Positions 9,332 to 18,824 of a DNA stretch of 64,000 bases are shown here, piece by piece. Every line of letters starts with the position of its first letter. The first letter of the stretch is position 1. The position numbers and the translations under genes are program-made. This stretch comes from Tetramitus jugosus (Eukaryota; Protista; Heterolobosea). Under the pieces are notes generated by a model. It was not told where the DNA came from. It did not search any database and worked only from the letters and a program-made list of their open reading frames with translations. The DNA lies in NCBI GenBank assembly GCA_937625935.1, contig OW569385.1, positions 186,001 to 250,000 of the forward strand, given 5' to 3'.

Positions 9332-11299
9332 TTACTCAATTGGTGTTTGAGAGCTGGGGCTCGTGAATCGATAGTAGGCAAGATCATCACTAGTGGACAA
9401 AGTATCATCGTCTTCAATGTATCTTGTTGCCTGGATGAGTCGTTTTTTGGTCTTGGTACCAGTATTTGTGAAAAACTTGCACAGCATCAAACCTCCAATC
9501 GTTGCTCCATATGCATGCTGAACAGATCTAGGACGCGTGAGCATAATCATCATGAGAACAGTCACAATCAGAATACAAACATCCACAATATCGTCACGGA
9601 ATACACCGAACCATAAGCCAAGTAGATCCCAATTGGTGATATAGGTGAGCATTAGAATGAGCGCAAAGGTGACAACCATTAGAAATACAACCTGTGCTAC
9701 AATAACAAACTGAGTCAGTCGTAACCTTATTAAGCTCGACTTCTTGTTGTTGTACAGGAAACTCTTTTTGATCTGAACTAGAATACGTATGCCATAGAAT
9801 AGGAATCCAATGGGCAACACGATACCATTGACACCAATATAGATGGCAATGAGTGCGTAAGAGAGCTGTAGACTCACACGTATGCCAATGAACAGAGATA
9901 CCACACAGTAAATAGACTCTAGATAGACACATGCAACAAGAATACGATGGAACCAGTGCATACTCTTAAAATCACCCGAGTCTTCACTCTCTACTACGGA
10001 GCACGAGTGAGCCCAATGGATCATCGTCAAGTAGTAGTAAGTGGGAACCAAAAGCACAGATACGACTCTAAAAACTCCATAGCTTCTCACACCCATGAAC
10101 GGAAATGTGAAGGAAAATATTTGCTCTATCGAATTGAGGGAGCATGAGAGAATCAGAAAGAAGATGGATTGGTGTCTGATACCAAACACTTCCTTCATTC
10201 TTCTCCAGCAAGTGTCCTGTGAATGATGACTCTTCAATCGAATGAGTGCAAAGCACTCCACAACACTAGGTATCACAACATACAACACTCCATAACAAAG
10301 CACCAAAATATAAAACAGGAGTGTAATCCATGGAGTGACAAACAATGACAGAGGTATAAAAACTCTCTGATAACGACCGCAATTGAAACCAAAGGACCTA
10401 GCCTCTCCAGGCACACACAAGCACGTTGGCATCAACCTCGTTCGACGACTCAAATAATCCTTGGCATAAAACAATAGAGGCACAGGTTCCTTGCTTGCAT
10501 CACCACTCTCAGCATGTGAACGACCACCTCTCCTCACACATCGATCCTTTTGCTGTTCAAACAACAGTTCAACAATCGAACTATAGGTCGAAGAGTTGGA
10601 CGCCAAGTAATTGTCCGAGTCATCCACACAATAATGACAAAAATTGAAGACTTGGGAGCCATTGTGCCACGCAGGGTGACTCAATTTGTTCAATGTGACA
10701 TTCAACTTGTCAAAATGATTGAAAAAACCTGCGCAGGCACCCAGTCTCAACACTTGTTGATCCACTGCATCATCACGACCATCAATTACATGCATACTCA
10801 TCATCTCATCAACAACATCACCACTATCACTACCTCCACCACCAAGATAGGCACCAAGTGAGGCAGGTACTTTGTCACACAATCGATAGGTTGGTGATTG
10901 ATAAAATGGTTGAATAAAGGAAAATGGTTGATATTGACCGACTTGAATCATGAATTGTGTGGGTAGGACAATTGATTGACGAAGGTCTTCTTCTACTTGT
11001 GCTGCAGCAGGTGCAGCTTCAGCGACATGAGTGGAGAGGCCCTTGATTGGATGGATATCCATGTCATGATGATGATGATGATGGGTGGTGGTGGTGAGAA
11101 GATCACTGAGGTCATGAATTCTTGGTTGTTGGTTTTCAGCACCACTATCACATTTGCTAACGCTACTACGACTCGATGTTGTTGTTGCGTTAGCAAATGT
11201 GATAGCGAATAGCAGCCAGAGAAACAACAGAAAAAAGGGCAATGAGGAGGAAATCTTCATGTAATGGGGGCTGTTTCTGCAGCTGTGAGAAGAAATCAT
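9332..11299 (-). CDS. GPCR-like 7TM protein with signal peptide and Cys-rich ectodomain
   Basis: N-terminal hydrophobic signal (LPFFLLFLWLLFAITFANA), EGF-like CLCVPG..FGFNC, about seven TM segments; start may be ATG 11260. Confidence 0.7.
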   Translation of the reverse strand: MISSHSCRNSPHYMKISSSLPFFLLFLWLLFAITFANATTTSSRSSVSKCDSGAENQQPRIHDLSDLLTTTTHHHHHHDMDIHPIKGLSTHVAEAAPAAAQVEEDLRQSIVLPTQFMIQVGQYQPFSFIQPFYQSPTYRLCDKVPASLGAYLGGGGSDSGDVVDEMMSMHVIDGRDDAVDQQVLRLGACAGFFNHFDKLNVTLNKLSHPAWHNGSQVFNFCHYCVDDSDNYLASNSSTYSSIVELLFEQQKDRCVRRGGRSHAESGDASKEPVPLLFYAKDYLSRRTRLMPTCLCVPGEARSFGFNCGRYQRVFIPLSLFVTPWITLLFYILVLCYGVLYVVIPSVVECFALIRLKSHHSQDTCWRRMKEVFGIRHQSIFFLILSCSLNSIEQIFSFTFPFMGVRSYGVFRVVSVLLVPTYYYLTMIHWAHSCSVVESEDSGDFKSMHWFHRILVACVYLESIYCVVSLFIGIRVSLQLSYALIAIYIGVNGIVLPIGFLFYGIRILVQIKKSFLYNNKKSSLIRLRLTQFVIVAQVVFLMVVTFALILMLTYITNWDLLGLWFGVFRDDIVDVCILIVTVLMMIMLTRPRSVQHAYGATIGGLMLCKFFTNTGTKTKKRLIQATRYIEDDDTLSTSDDLAYYRFTSPSSQTPIE

Positions 11300-11499
11300 C
11301 TACTATCGAAATGTCTCTCTGATTTTTGTGGTTTGTTCTTTGGTGTTGTGGTGGTGAAGGGTGAGGAGGGGTTTGTCAATGTCGCGCCCATTGTGAGACA
11401 AAGCACCTCTGGAAACTCCGATTCCGGTTCGGACGACCAGCTCAGTCCTGAGATTTGAGAGCAACGTAACCATTGAGGCTCAAAAACTGTTCAGTAGTA

Positions 11500-13275
11500 T
11501 TACTTTGGTTTATTCTTCATCTCAGTTTGGACTCTCTTAAGGGCGAGCTTAATTCTTGAACGCAACACTTCTTCAAATCCATACTTGCTAAAGGAATCTC
11601 CAGTCTTGAGGTAGTGTTCTGACTTGGCCAAATTGCCGGCCCAGTACTCTTGTTCGGCTCTTTCGTAAGCAGCAGATGCTGGCCATTGTTTCTCGTGTTT
11701 TACCTCCTTTGCCAACGCGAGTGCCTTGTCGAAGAATTCAGCAGCTTTCTCTTCTTGCTTCAGACTTCGGTGCATTGCTCCCTTAATGGTCAGGATCGCA
11801 GCTTGCACGTCTGGTACCTTAATTTGTGATGCTTTCACGTCGAATTGTTCCAAGTCAGCGAGCAATGGTTCAACAGCCTCAGGAGCCAAATGAGCCAAAT
11901 CTCTCTTCAGGTACATCAGATCAAAAATGGCCAAATTCATAATAACTTCCTTCTCTTCTTCAGTCTTCACTAACTTCAAAATCTGTAGCTTATCAAGCAC
12001 ATATCTATCACCTCTGGTCTTATTCTCGGCCAATTTGACAATTGTTTTCATGAGAGCATTTGCTTTTTCTTTTTGCCCCAGTCTCATGTAGCAAACATAC
12101 AGTCCAACACCAGCAGCAGACTTGAATTCAAATTTGTCTTGATGGCTCAAAATGGTCTCGAATACTGTAGTTGCATTCTCGTAGTCTCTCATACATGAGT
12201 AGCTCATTCCCAACTCAAAGTAAAAGTTGTTTGGTTGGAATTTGTCATCACTTACAGTATTGGCGATCGCATCCTTGTAGAACTGAATGGCAGATGCGTA
12301 GTCACTTGTCTTTTTTGAATACTGGGCTGCAGCAAACAAGATCATACCGCCCTTTGGGAACATTTCTGTAGCGTATCCCATGTGAGCCTTAATCTTCTCC
12401 AATGACTCGTGCTTGTTCTCCAGAGCAGAAGGAATCAACAAGTAATTCACAACCAACATAAAGAAGGCAGTTGAGGAACGGAATCCTCTTCTGCTTGCCA
12501 CATACTCCAAGTATTCGACACCAATCTCACGATTCACACTGAATCCAATAAATTCCAACAATTTGGCCACAGCAGGAGGCAAAACACTCAATAAATAATA
12601 AAAGATGCCAACACCGACCAAAATACCCTCATGGATATCTGCGTGATACAAGATGCTACCAGGTAGATTGGCATTCAACTTTTCATTGTTCACCTTCATC
12701 TCCTTCAACAATGCCTCATACTGCTTCCACGATTTTCTCAAATTGTAAGCACCCTTCAGCGGAGAATTGTTCTGCATTTGGGTGATTCCTTGATACATGT
12801 CCACCTCAGCTTTCAACACCTTGAGATCCATCTCATAATTCTGCTTCATTTCCAGTTCTGTGAAATCCAGTGAGGATGGCTTGTCCAGTGTTTTCAATGA
12901 TAACAGAGGATCAGTAAACTTGACGAGTGACTCTGTTTTCAGTGTTCTAAAATCTGGAATCTTTTTTTCTTCAATCTCTTGCCTGTCCAACTCTGCAGCC
13001 TTCTTGTTCAACTCCATTGTCAACTGAATGTACTCCTTCATCTTCTTTTCATCATTCTTGAATGTCTTGATGAGAGAACTGCAATGAGCAAAGTGCTTGA
13101 CAGCCAACTCACGTGACTCAGCACTGCCTCCCATACTACTCTTTGCACTAAAGATGTTGGCGTACTCGGAAGCGAGACGAGGAGATTGATCGACATAGGG
13201 CTTCAAGAGCTCAGCAGTCTCATCGAATTGATTGTTCCAGACCATACGGTTGGCACGGTAAGCAAATGAGTGCAT
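11500..13275 (-). CDS. TTC39: TTC39/Iml2 family TPR protein
   Basis: WNNQFDETAELL; LKGAYNLRKSWKQY; GVGIFYYLLSVLPPAVAKLLEFIGFSVNREIGVEYL; C-terminal KYGFEEVLRSRIKLAL. Confidence 0.88.
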   Translation of the reverse strand: MHSFAYRANRMVWNNQFDETAELLKPYVDQSPRLASEYANIFSAKSSMGGSAESRELAVKHFAHCSSLIKTFKNDEKKMKEYIQLTMELNKKAAELDRQEIEEKKIPDFRTLKTESLVKFTDPLLSLKTLDKPSSLDFTELEMKQNYEMDLKVLKAEVDMYQGITQMQNNSPLKGAYNLRKSWKQYEALLKEMKVNNEKLNANLPGSILYHADIHEGILVGVGIFYYLLSVLPPAVAKLLEFIGFSVNREIGVEYLEYVASRRGFRSSTAFFMLVVNYLLIPSALENKHESLEKIKAHMGYATEMFPKGGMILFAAAQYSKKTSDYASAIQFYKDAIANTVSDDKFQPNNFYFELGMSYSCMRDYENATTVFETILSHQDKFEFKSAAGVGLYVCYMRLGQKEKANALMKTIVKLAENKTRGDRYVLDKLQILKLVKTEEEKEVIMNLAIFDLMYLKRDLAHLAPEAVEPLLADLEQFDVKASQIKVPDVQAAILTIKGAMHRSLKQEEKAAEFFDKALALAKEVKHEKQWPASAAYERAEQEYWAGNLAKSEHYLKTGDSFSKYGFEEVLRSRIKLALKRVQTEMKNKPK

Positions 13276-13525
13276 GATGATAAATATACAGTGGTTGGTT
13301 GTTGTGTTTGTTTGTTGTTGGTGTTTGTTGTTGTTTTGTTAGTCGATCCCTTAAAGGTCGTGTTGAGGGCGAATCTGACCAAAATTCCTTCTCGCACCAA
13401 GGTCCGCGGGAATGTGTCGCCAATTGGACACGATGGGACGAGGAGATATTTGAAAAAATCCGGAGAAGTGTGCAGAACGCAAGAATCAAGGTTGGATTTT
13501 ATATATTTCTTCGTGAGATAGATAT

Positions 13526-14428
13526 TTATTCGTTTGGGGTGTGATCTTTGCTGCCGTTTCCCTCGCTTCTCGAGAGCAAGAACTGATTGTTTCCATTCTC
13601 GTGTTCGACACGAAACACGTTTGCATAGAGCTGAGCAAGATATCCTTTGCCAGTTTGCGTGTAGTTCAAATAGGCAATCGAATCTTTGACAAATGGATAC
13701 ACGGCACTCCAGTAGAACTTTGGATAATTGGTTCTCAGATCACCTGGATTCTTGTATCCAATCTTTTGATTGGCTCCAGTCTCTTCAAATTCATAGAATA
13801 GAGCTCCAATCTTTTGCAGATACCTAGGATCACCTAGTTGTCCAATCAAGTCGGCAGAGCGAACAATACTAGGGTACGATTCGACCTTTGTGAGATCTTC
13901 CTTGTCAGGAATGGGGAATCTTGTCAACTCGATATTCTTCTGAATGATATCAACATCGATAATCTCATGATTTCCAAATCTTTCCTGCACAAAGAGCTTT
14001 CCACGATCCACATGATGCTTTGTCAAACTGGCATCAGTCGTTCCAGGCAAGAGCGTAATCGTCTCATCACCAACACCAGTAGCAAACTCATGAGTCGCTA
14101 GATTGTCGTTTCGACAAATGCCCTTCACATAGCCAATATCATGACACAAAAGGGATATAATACAGTGAAGCCAGTCACGACAAGTCACACCTCCTTCCTT
14201 GATGTGCTTACCACGAAGAATCTCTTGACCCACAAGAGTCACCAGAATAGTGTGCTCTACATTGTGATAGAGTGCATCAGAGGAGGAAATAATCTCCAAG
14301 GCCATGGTTCCGCACCACTCCAGTATCTCGCAGTACTCCTTGTGAAGACCACCATAGGTTCGAGTGTAAGCCACCTTTAGCTCGCCAACAAAGCGTTCAA
14401 TCAGAATATCAGTAATGTTCATCATCAT
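13526..14428 (-). CDS. HD-domain metal-dependent phosphohydrolase, Npun_R2479-like (bacterial type)
   Basis: SDALYHNVEHTILVTLVGQEILRGKHIKEGGV; LLCHDIGYVKG; TDASLTKHHVDR; ADLIGQLGDPRYL; intronless; ATG cluster at 14428. Confidence 0.85.
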   Translation of the reverse strand: MMMNITDILIERFVGELKVAYTRTYGGLHKEYCEILEWCGTMALEIISSSDALYHNVEHTILVTLVGQEILRGKHIKEGGVTCRDWLHCIISLLCHDIGYVKGICRNDNLATHEFATGVGDETITLLPGTTDASLTKHHVDRGKLFVQERFGNHEIIDVDIIQKNIELTRFPIPDKEDLTKVESYPSIVRSADLIGQLGDPRYLQKIGALFYEFEETGANQKIGYKNPGDLRTNYPKFYWSAVYPFVKDSIAYLNYTQTGKGYLAQLYANVFRVEHENGNNQFLLSRSEGNGSKDHTPNE

Positions 14429-14520
14429 GGATCCAGAAAGATGAAAAATTATGTTTGTTGTGATGTTGTTGTGAGAACTTCGCGGAGTTGTTGGTTTTTG
14501 AGTTTTTGGACTGGCGAACA

Positions 14521-14735
14521 AAATCGGTAGTTTCGGCTACGATTTGGTCTGTTGAGCGAACAAGAAACCGCAGTTCGCTCTTTGTGGAGGGCCAGATCTG
14601 TTGGTCTGATAGCTCAATATTGAGCTCAAACTTGGTACAACTGTAGTGCGGTTTCTTGTTCGCTCCACAATTCTAATCTAGCAATTCACCATTCCTTTTC
14701 TGATCGGTCGTGTGTTCTATCCGATAATCAAGGAA
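14521..14735. repeat. Multi-hairpin element with perfect 19-bp inverted repeat
   Basis: gagcgaacaagaaaccgca 14554-14572 / tgcggtttcttgttcgctc 14647-14665; palindrome agctcaatattgagct 14611-14626; flanking hairpins 14521-14545 and 14692-14735. Confidence 0.9.
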
Positions 14736-14810
14736 ACGAATAAATGCATCTAGGTGTAAAACTTGACAAACCAAAAAACGCTTGTTTCCACAAAACAAAA
14801 CAAACATAAA

Positions 14811-15780
14811 ATGACACAAACACAATGGATTTCCCTAGCAAAGCTAGATGCAACAAAAGAACGACAACTGCCGTTCACGGAAATAATTCTTTCCATTGGT
14901 TCAGAGTTGGGCCCGTACACGTTTGAAGCAACTCGTGTTGATAACAATGAGAAATGTGTTGTGAAGCAAATATTGATAGGAAATAAAATAGACATAAATC
15001 CACTATTAGACGAACTCAAACAAACAAGCAAGTTGGATAGCAACTATTGTGTTTCTTATTTAGAGGCCAATTACTCCTCCAGATCTTTGGTATTAATTCT
15101 AGAGCTTTGTGAAGAAGGTAATTTGGTTGAATTCCTCAATGATAAGAGCGTCAACAACAGGACTGTCACTACCATTGTCAAACAGTGCGTGCAGTGCTTA
15201 AATTACATACACGAATATCACTCTGACCAGAAACCACATGGATTTGTTCATCGAAGTGTCAGACCAGACCGATTCCTGATAAAGGATGGCAACGTGCGTG
15301 TTTCAGGCTTTGGGTTACCACGGTTGAAAAGGGTGAGCAGTGCATATCACAGCAAACACATCACTCGCCTAACCAAATTGGACATCAGAAGCAAGATATT
15401 CAGGGTGTCGTACACTGCACCGGAAGTGATGAAGAACTGGCTTACTCGAATCTTGGTCTTTCTCACTCTCAGGTCTTTCTCACTCTCAAAAAGCTGATGT
15501 GTATTCCCTTGGAGTAGTAATCGGCTGGTTAATCACTGGAAAAGAGCCATACAGTCAGTTCTTAAACCCAACAAAGTCCATAATAATGGGATTGATTTCC
15601 AGTGGAGAGAAGTCGCATGATGTGTCAGAAGCAGATATCGCTTTACAATCCATCTTCCACTGGTGCACACAAAAGGACCCCAAAGATAGACCAAGCTGCA
15701 AGGACATTTTGAACATGCTTAGTGTTGGTTTGAAAAACGTCCATCAATTTCAAGATGTTGTAGTCATCTGTTGGAACTGA
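14811..15780 (+). pseudogene. Degenerate protein kinase (pseudokinase) with frame break between subdomains VIII and IX
   Basis: VVK, LELCEEGNL, HRSVRPDR (no catalytic Asp), SGFG, YTAPE in one frame; SQKADVYSLG..GKEPY..DPKDRPS in another; tandem 17-bp duplication ggtctttctcactctca at the break. Confidence 0.6.
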
Positions 15781-15846
15781 TTGAAATTTCAAGAAAGCTT
15801 TCTTGGCGGAACAAAAAAAATAAGATTTTCAAATTTTCAATCAAGA

Positions 15847-16416
15847 ATGAGCCAGAAGAATCAAACATGCCGAGTTGGTGTCGGCAGTACCAATCCAAGC
15901 AAGGTAGAATCCGTGAGACAAGCATTCCAAAAGTTGGGCTACACAGATATTGAACTCGTGAGCATCAATGTGCCCTCTGGAGTCTCTGAGCAACCCTTTT
16001 CAGATGAAGAAACAATTCAAGGGGCAATGAACCGTGCAAACGCTGTGATGAAGTCGATTCCTGACTTGGATTTTGCAGTTGGATTGGAAGGAGGAGTTGT
16101 GGAGACGAGTGTAATGGAAAAAACGAGCATATTTCTGACGAATTGGGGTGCTGTTGTAGACTCAAAGGGCAACATTGGAATTGGCGCCGGTCATAGAGTG
16201 CAAATGCCTTCAATGATGGCACAAGAGCTGCGGAAAGGAAGGGAATTGGGTGATGTGGTAGATGACTGGTCTCAAGGATCAGATATTCACAAGAAGCAGG
16301 GAGCTATTGGTGTGTTGACAAATAATTTGATTACACGTTCAGACATGTTCAGTGATGTCATTATTTGTGCTTTTGCTCGATTTCTGTTTCCCAACGACTA
16401 TATCCAACAGCAATAA
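15847..16416 (+). CDS. yjjX: Inosine/xanthosine triphosphatase (YjjX/DUF84 family)
   Basis: VGSTNPSKVESV; VPSGVSEQPFSDEETIQGAMNRA; VGLEGGV; GRELGDVVD; GAIGVLTNNLITRSDMF; intronless. Confidence 0.9.
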   Translation: MSQKNQTCRVGVGSTNPSKVESVRQAFQKLGYTDIELVSINVPSGVSEQPFSDEETIQGAMNRANAVMKSIPDLDFAVGLEGGVVETSVMEKTSIFLTNWGAVVDSKGNIGIGAGHRVQMPSMMAQELRKGRELGDVVDDWSQGSDIHKKQGAIGVLTNNLITRSDMFSDVIICAFARFLFPNDYIQQQ

Positions 16417-16470
16417 ACGTCATTGAGTATACTTTCCAAGACAAGATAAGATAGCTAGAACTAGATTTAA

Positions 16471-17334
16471 ATGTCGAGGACTCTGGAAGATCTACTTGAG
16501 TACTTGGGGCTGTGATTTCTGTACTATTGTGTTATTTGATATTTTCCAGTAATCAAAACAGAATAATGAACACCAAAATCGGCAATAGGTTTCACAAATC
16601 TATCACTCCCCAAGAGATAAGGACTTTAGAAGCCGCCAGAACCAGAGAAGAACAGCTCAGTAACAGACTAAGAAATGAGAGAGATCAACTAGAAAGATTG
16701 AAGAAACAAGTGATAGAAATGACTACCCGTATTGCGAAACAACATGGCGACATTCTTCGTGCACAACAAATGGAGGACGAATTGAAATTACACTTTATTG
16801 AATCAAAGTTGCAGTATGAATACGAATTCAAAAAGAAACAAAGAGGAGAACAAGAACTGAAACTTTTACGCAAGCAGCTGAAAGAGGAGTATGTATGCTT
16901 ATGATAGCACTTGAAATGTGTGCACAACTTTCTAACTCCAGCCAGACAAAAGAAAAACTTGGTGGAAGGATATCGGCTGATGAGATCTGAATCCGAACAG
17001 ATGGTTCAAGACAGCAAAGTTGAAACAATAAGGGAGCAGATAGGAGCCATACAAAATACGGTTGAGATCCTGGAAAAGGATATTACTGCCATTGAAGACA
17101 AAAACACTTCCCTGGATCAAATAATACAATCGGTATGTGCCAATCTCCAAGTATGATCTCGATATCCATCGTGAAGTTCAACAACTAAAATCCAGTGCCA
17201 CCTTGTTGCACTTGAATAAAAGTCAGCCTCCAATATATGTAGTAACTTTGGAACAACGGATTCGGAGTCTTGAGTATTGGGCGCAGCAAACATTTTTTGC
17301 CCTAATCAAAACTCCGAATCCGTTGTTCCTGTAG
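16471..17334 (+). CDS. Spliced coiled-coil protein (3' end uncertain)
   Basis: ATG 16471; introns 16512-16549 and 16889-16945 join the coiled-coil ORFs in frame; ends at 17156, or at 17334 if a 19-nt intron is removed. Confidence 0.5.
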
Positions 17335-17385
17335 AGCAATCTTTGTCTCAGATAAAAACTAAACACAACTGAAAACTTTTATAAC

Positions 17386-18688
17386 ATGAATGATTCATAT
17401 GATGACTTCTTTTCCCCCAAGAAAGGGATCACAAAAGCAATGTACCTGAAAACCAAACAGGGTCATGCAAAAGTTGTTGAAAGATTACAACGGCAAGTGC
17501 TTACACAAAAGGTATTACTTCTCTTTGTGTAATTGATGCATTGTTTATTCTGTAGCTCTAAACTCTCTTTCTTAGATTGTCCAAGAGGAACAACACAAGA
17601 AAGAATTGAAAGAGAAGGCGGAGAGATTCATGAAAATGCAACAACTGCTGAACAGAGTCAAGGACCCTCAACTAAAGTTGGCAAACAAATCCTTCGACCA
17701 CCAAGAGAAACCAAAATTCTATCACAGTGGAAAAATAGAAGAATCTCCTTTGGTCAAGATGACCTCCATTCCGGAGAGACCACATATTCCTGAACGACAA
17801 GCATCTCTCAATCAGCTCACTCCCAGACAAAAGCAAATTAAAGTAAAATTGACTCGAATGGAAGCAACAGAGAGATTGAGATTGAGAAAGGAGTACAATG
17901 GAAAAATTCCTTTGATCAAAATAGAGGAATTGAAGTATCAACATTCAGTAAGAAGATATGAAATGGCTCCAGAACTCTTTCCACGTCCTATGAAAAGTTC
18001 TAGCCTTCTAACTCCTCAAAAAAAGCGAACAGAGGAGACCTCTGAATCAATTGAAACATCCCTTAGCGGTGATCAAACTCTCGTGACTTGTGAATTGGAA
18101 TCTGAAACCGAAGAGACACTACCCTCTGAGATTGTGTTTGAAGATCATGACCACTTAGAACTTCCTCACGAAAGTACTGAAGGATGCACAGACAAGGAGA
18201 GTACAGTTGAACACTTGTTGTCTGAAGTGGATCCGGAAAAAGTAGATATCGAACTAATTAACGAAGTATCACAGGAAGATGTAGAAGCTCAACTACCCGA
18301 TCCTTTAGCTGAACTTGAACAAAAAGTGGAAGAACCTGGAGAGTTTAGTCATGAGGAAGATGTTTCTATCACTCAGCAAGAGGACAACTCTTCCATCAAC
18401 AAATTGGAGGATTTTCAACACGTAGACGAGGACGTTCAAACTATAGTAGAGGCAGTGATTGGTGATGGTATTGTTAAAGAAGAGGAGGAAAGTCACAGAG
18501 AACCGACTGAGGGTAATGAAAGTCATAGAGAGACGGAGGAACCGCAGCTGATGGAACCTGCTTTGATCACAAGAAATCAATGTGAGAAAGAAACCATTGA
18601 ATCTCAGGTTGACGCAATACAAAGGGAGGTATCAGAGTTTTTCAAGACTCTCACCACTCAACATGTCGCTCTTGATCCTTCCCTCTGA
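17386..18688 (+). CDS. Hypothetical protein, basic N-terminal half and Glu-rich C-terminal half; 2 exons
   Basis: Exon 17386-17511, GT-AG intron 17512-17575, exon 17576-18688 in frame with ORF 17606. Confidence 0.6.
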
Positions 18689-18824
18689 AATATCGTAGTT
18701 CCAGTTTAACGCCGATTTTTCGTCTTCCAGTAAATTCTCAACTTTTCAACCTCTTTTTTTCCAGAGCTTTTTGTGCCGGGCCCAAAGAAAACAACGAGAC
18801 AAAACGCACATCAAACCACACAAC

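Noticed and set aside
15778-15846. In-frame TGA between the kinase C-lobe ORF and the YjjX ORF (readthrough or selenocysteine fusion)
   Set aside because: The intervening sequence is A/T-run promoter-like, YjjX has its own ATG at 15847, and no SECIS was seen; shared frame has a 1-in-3 chance
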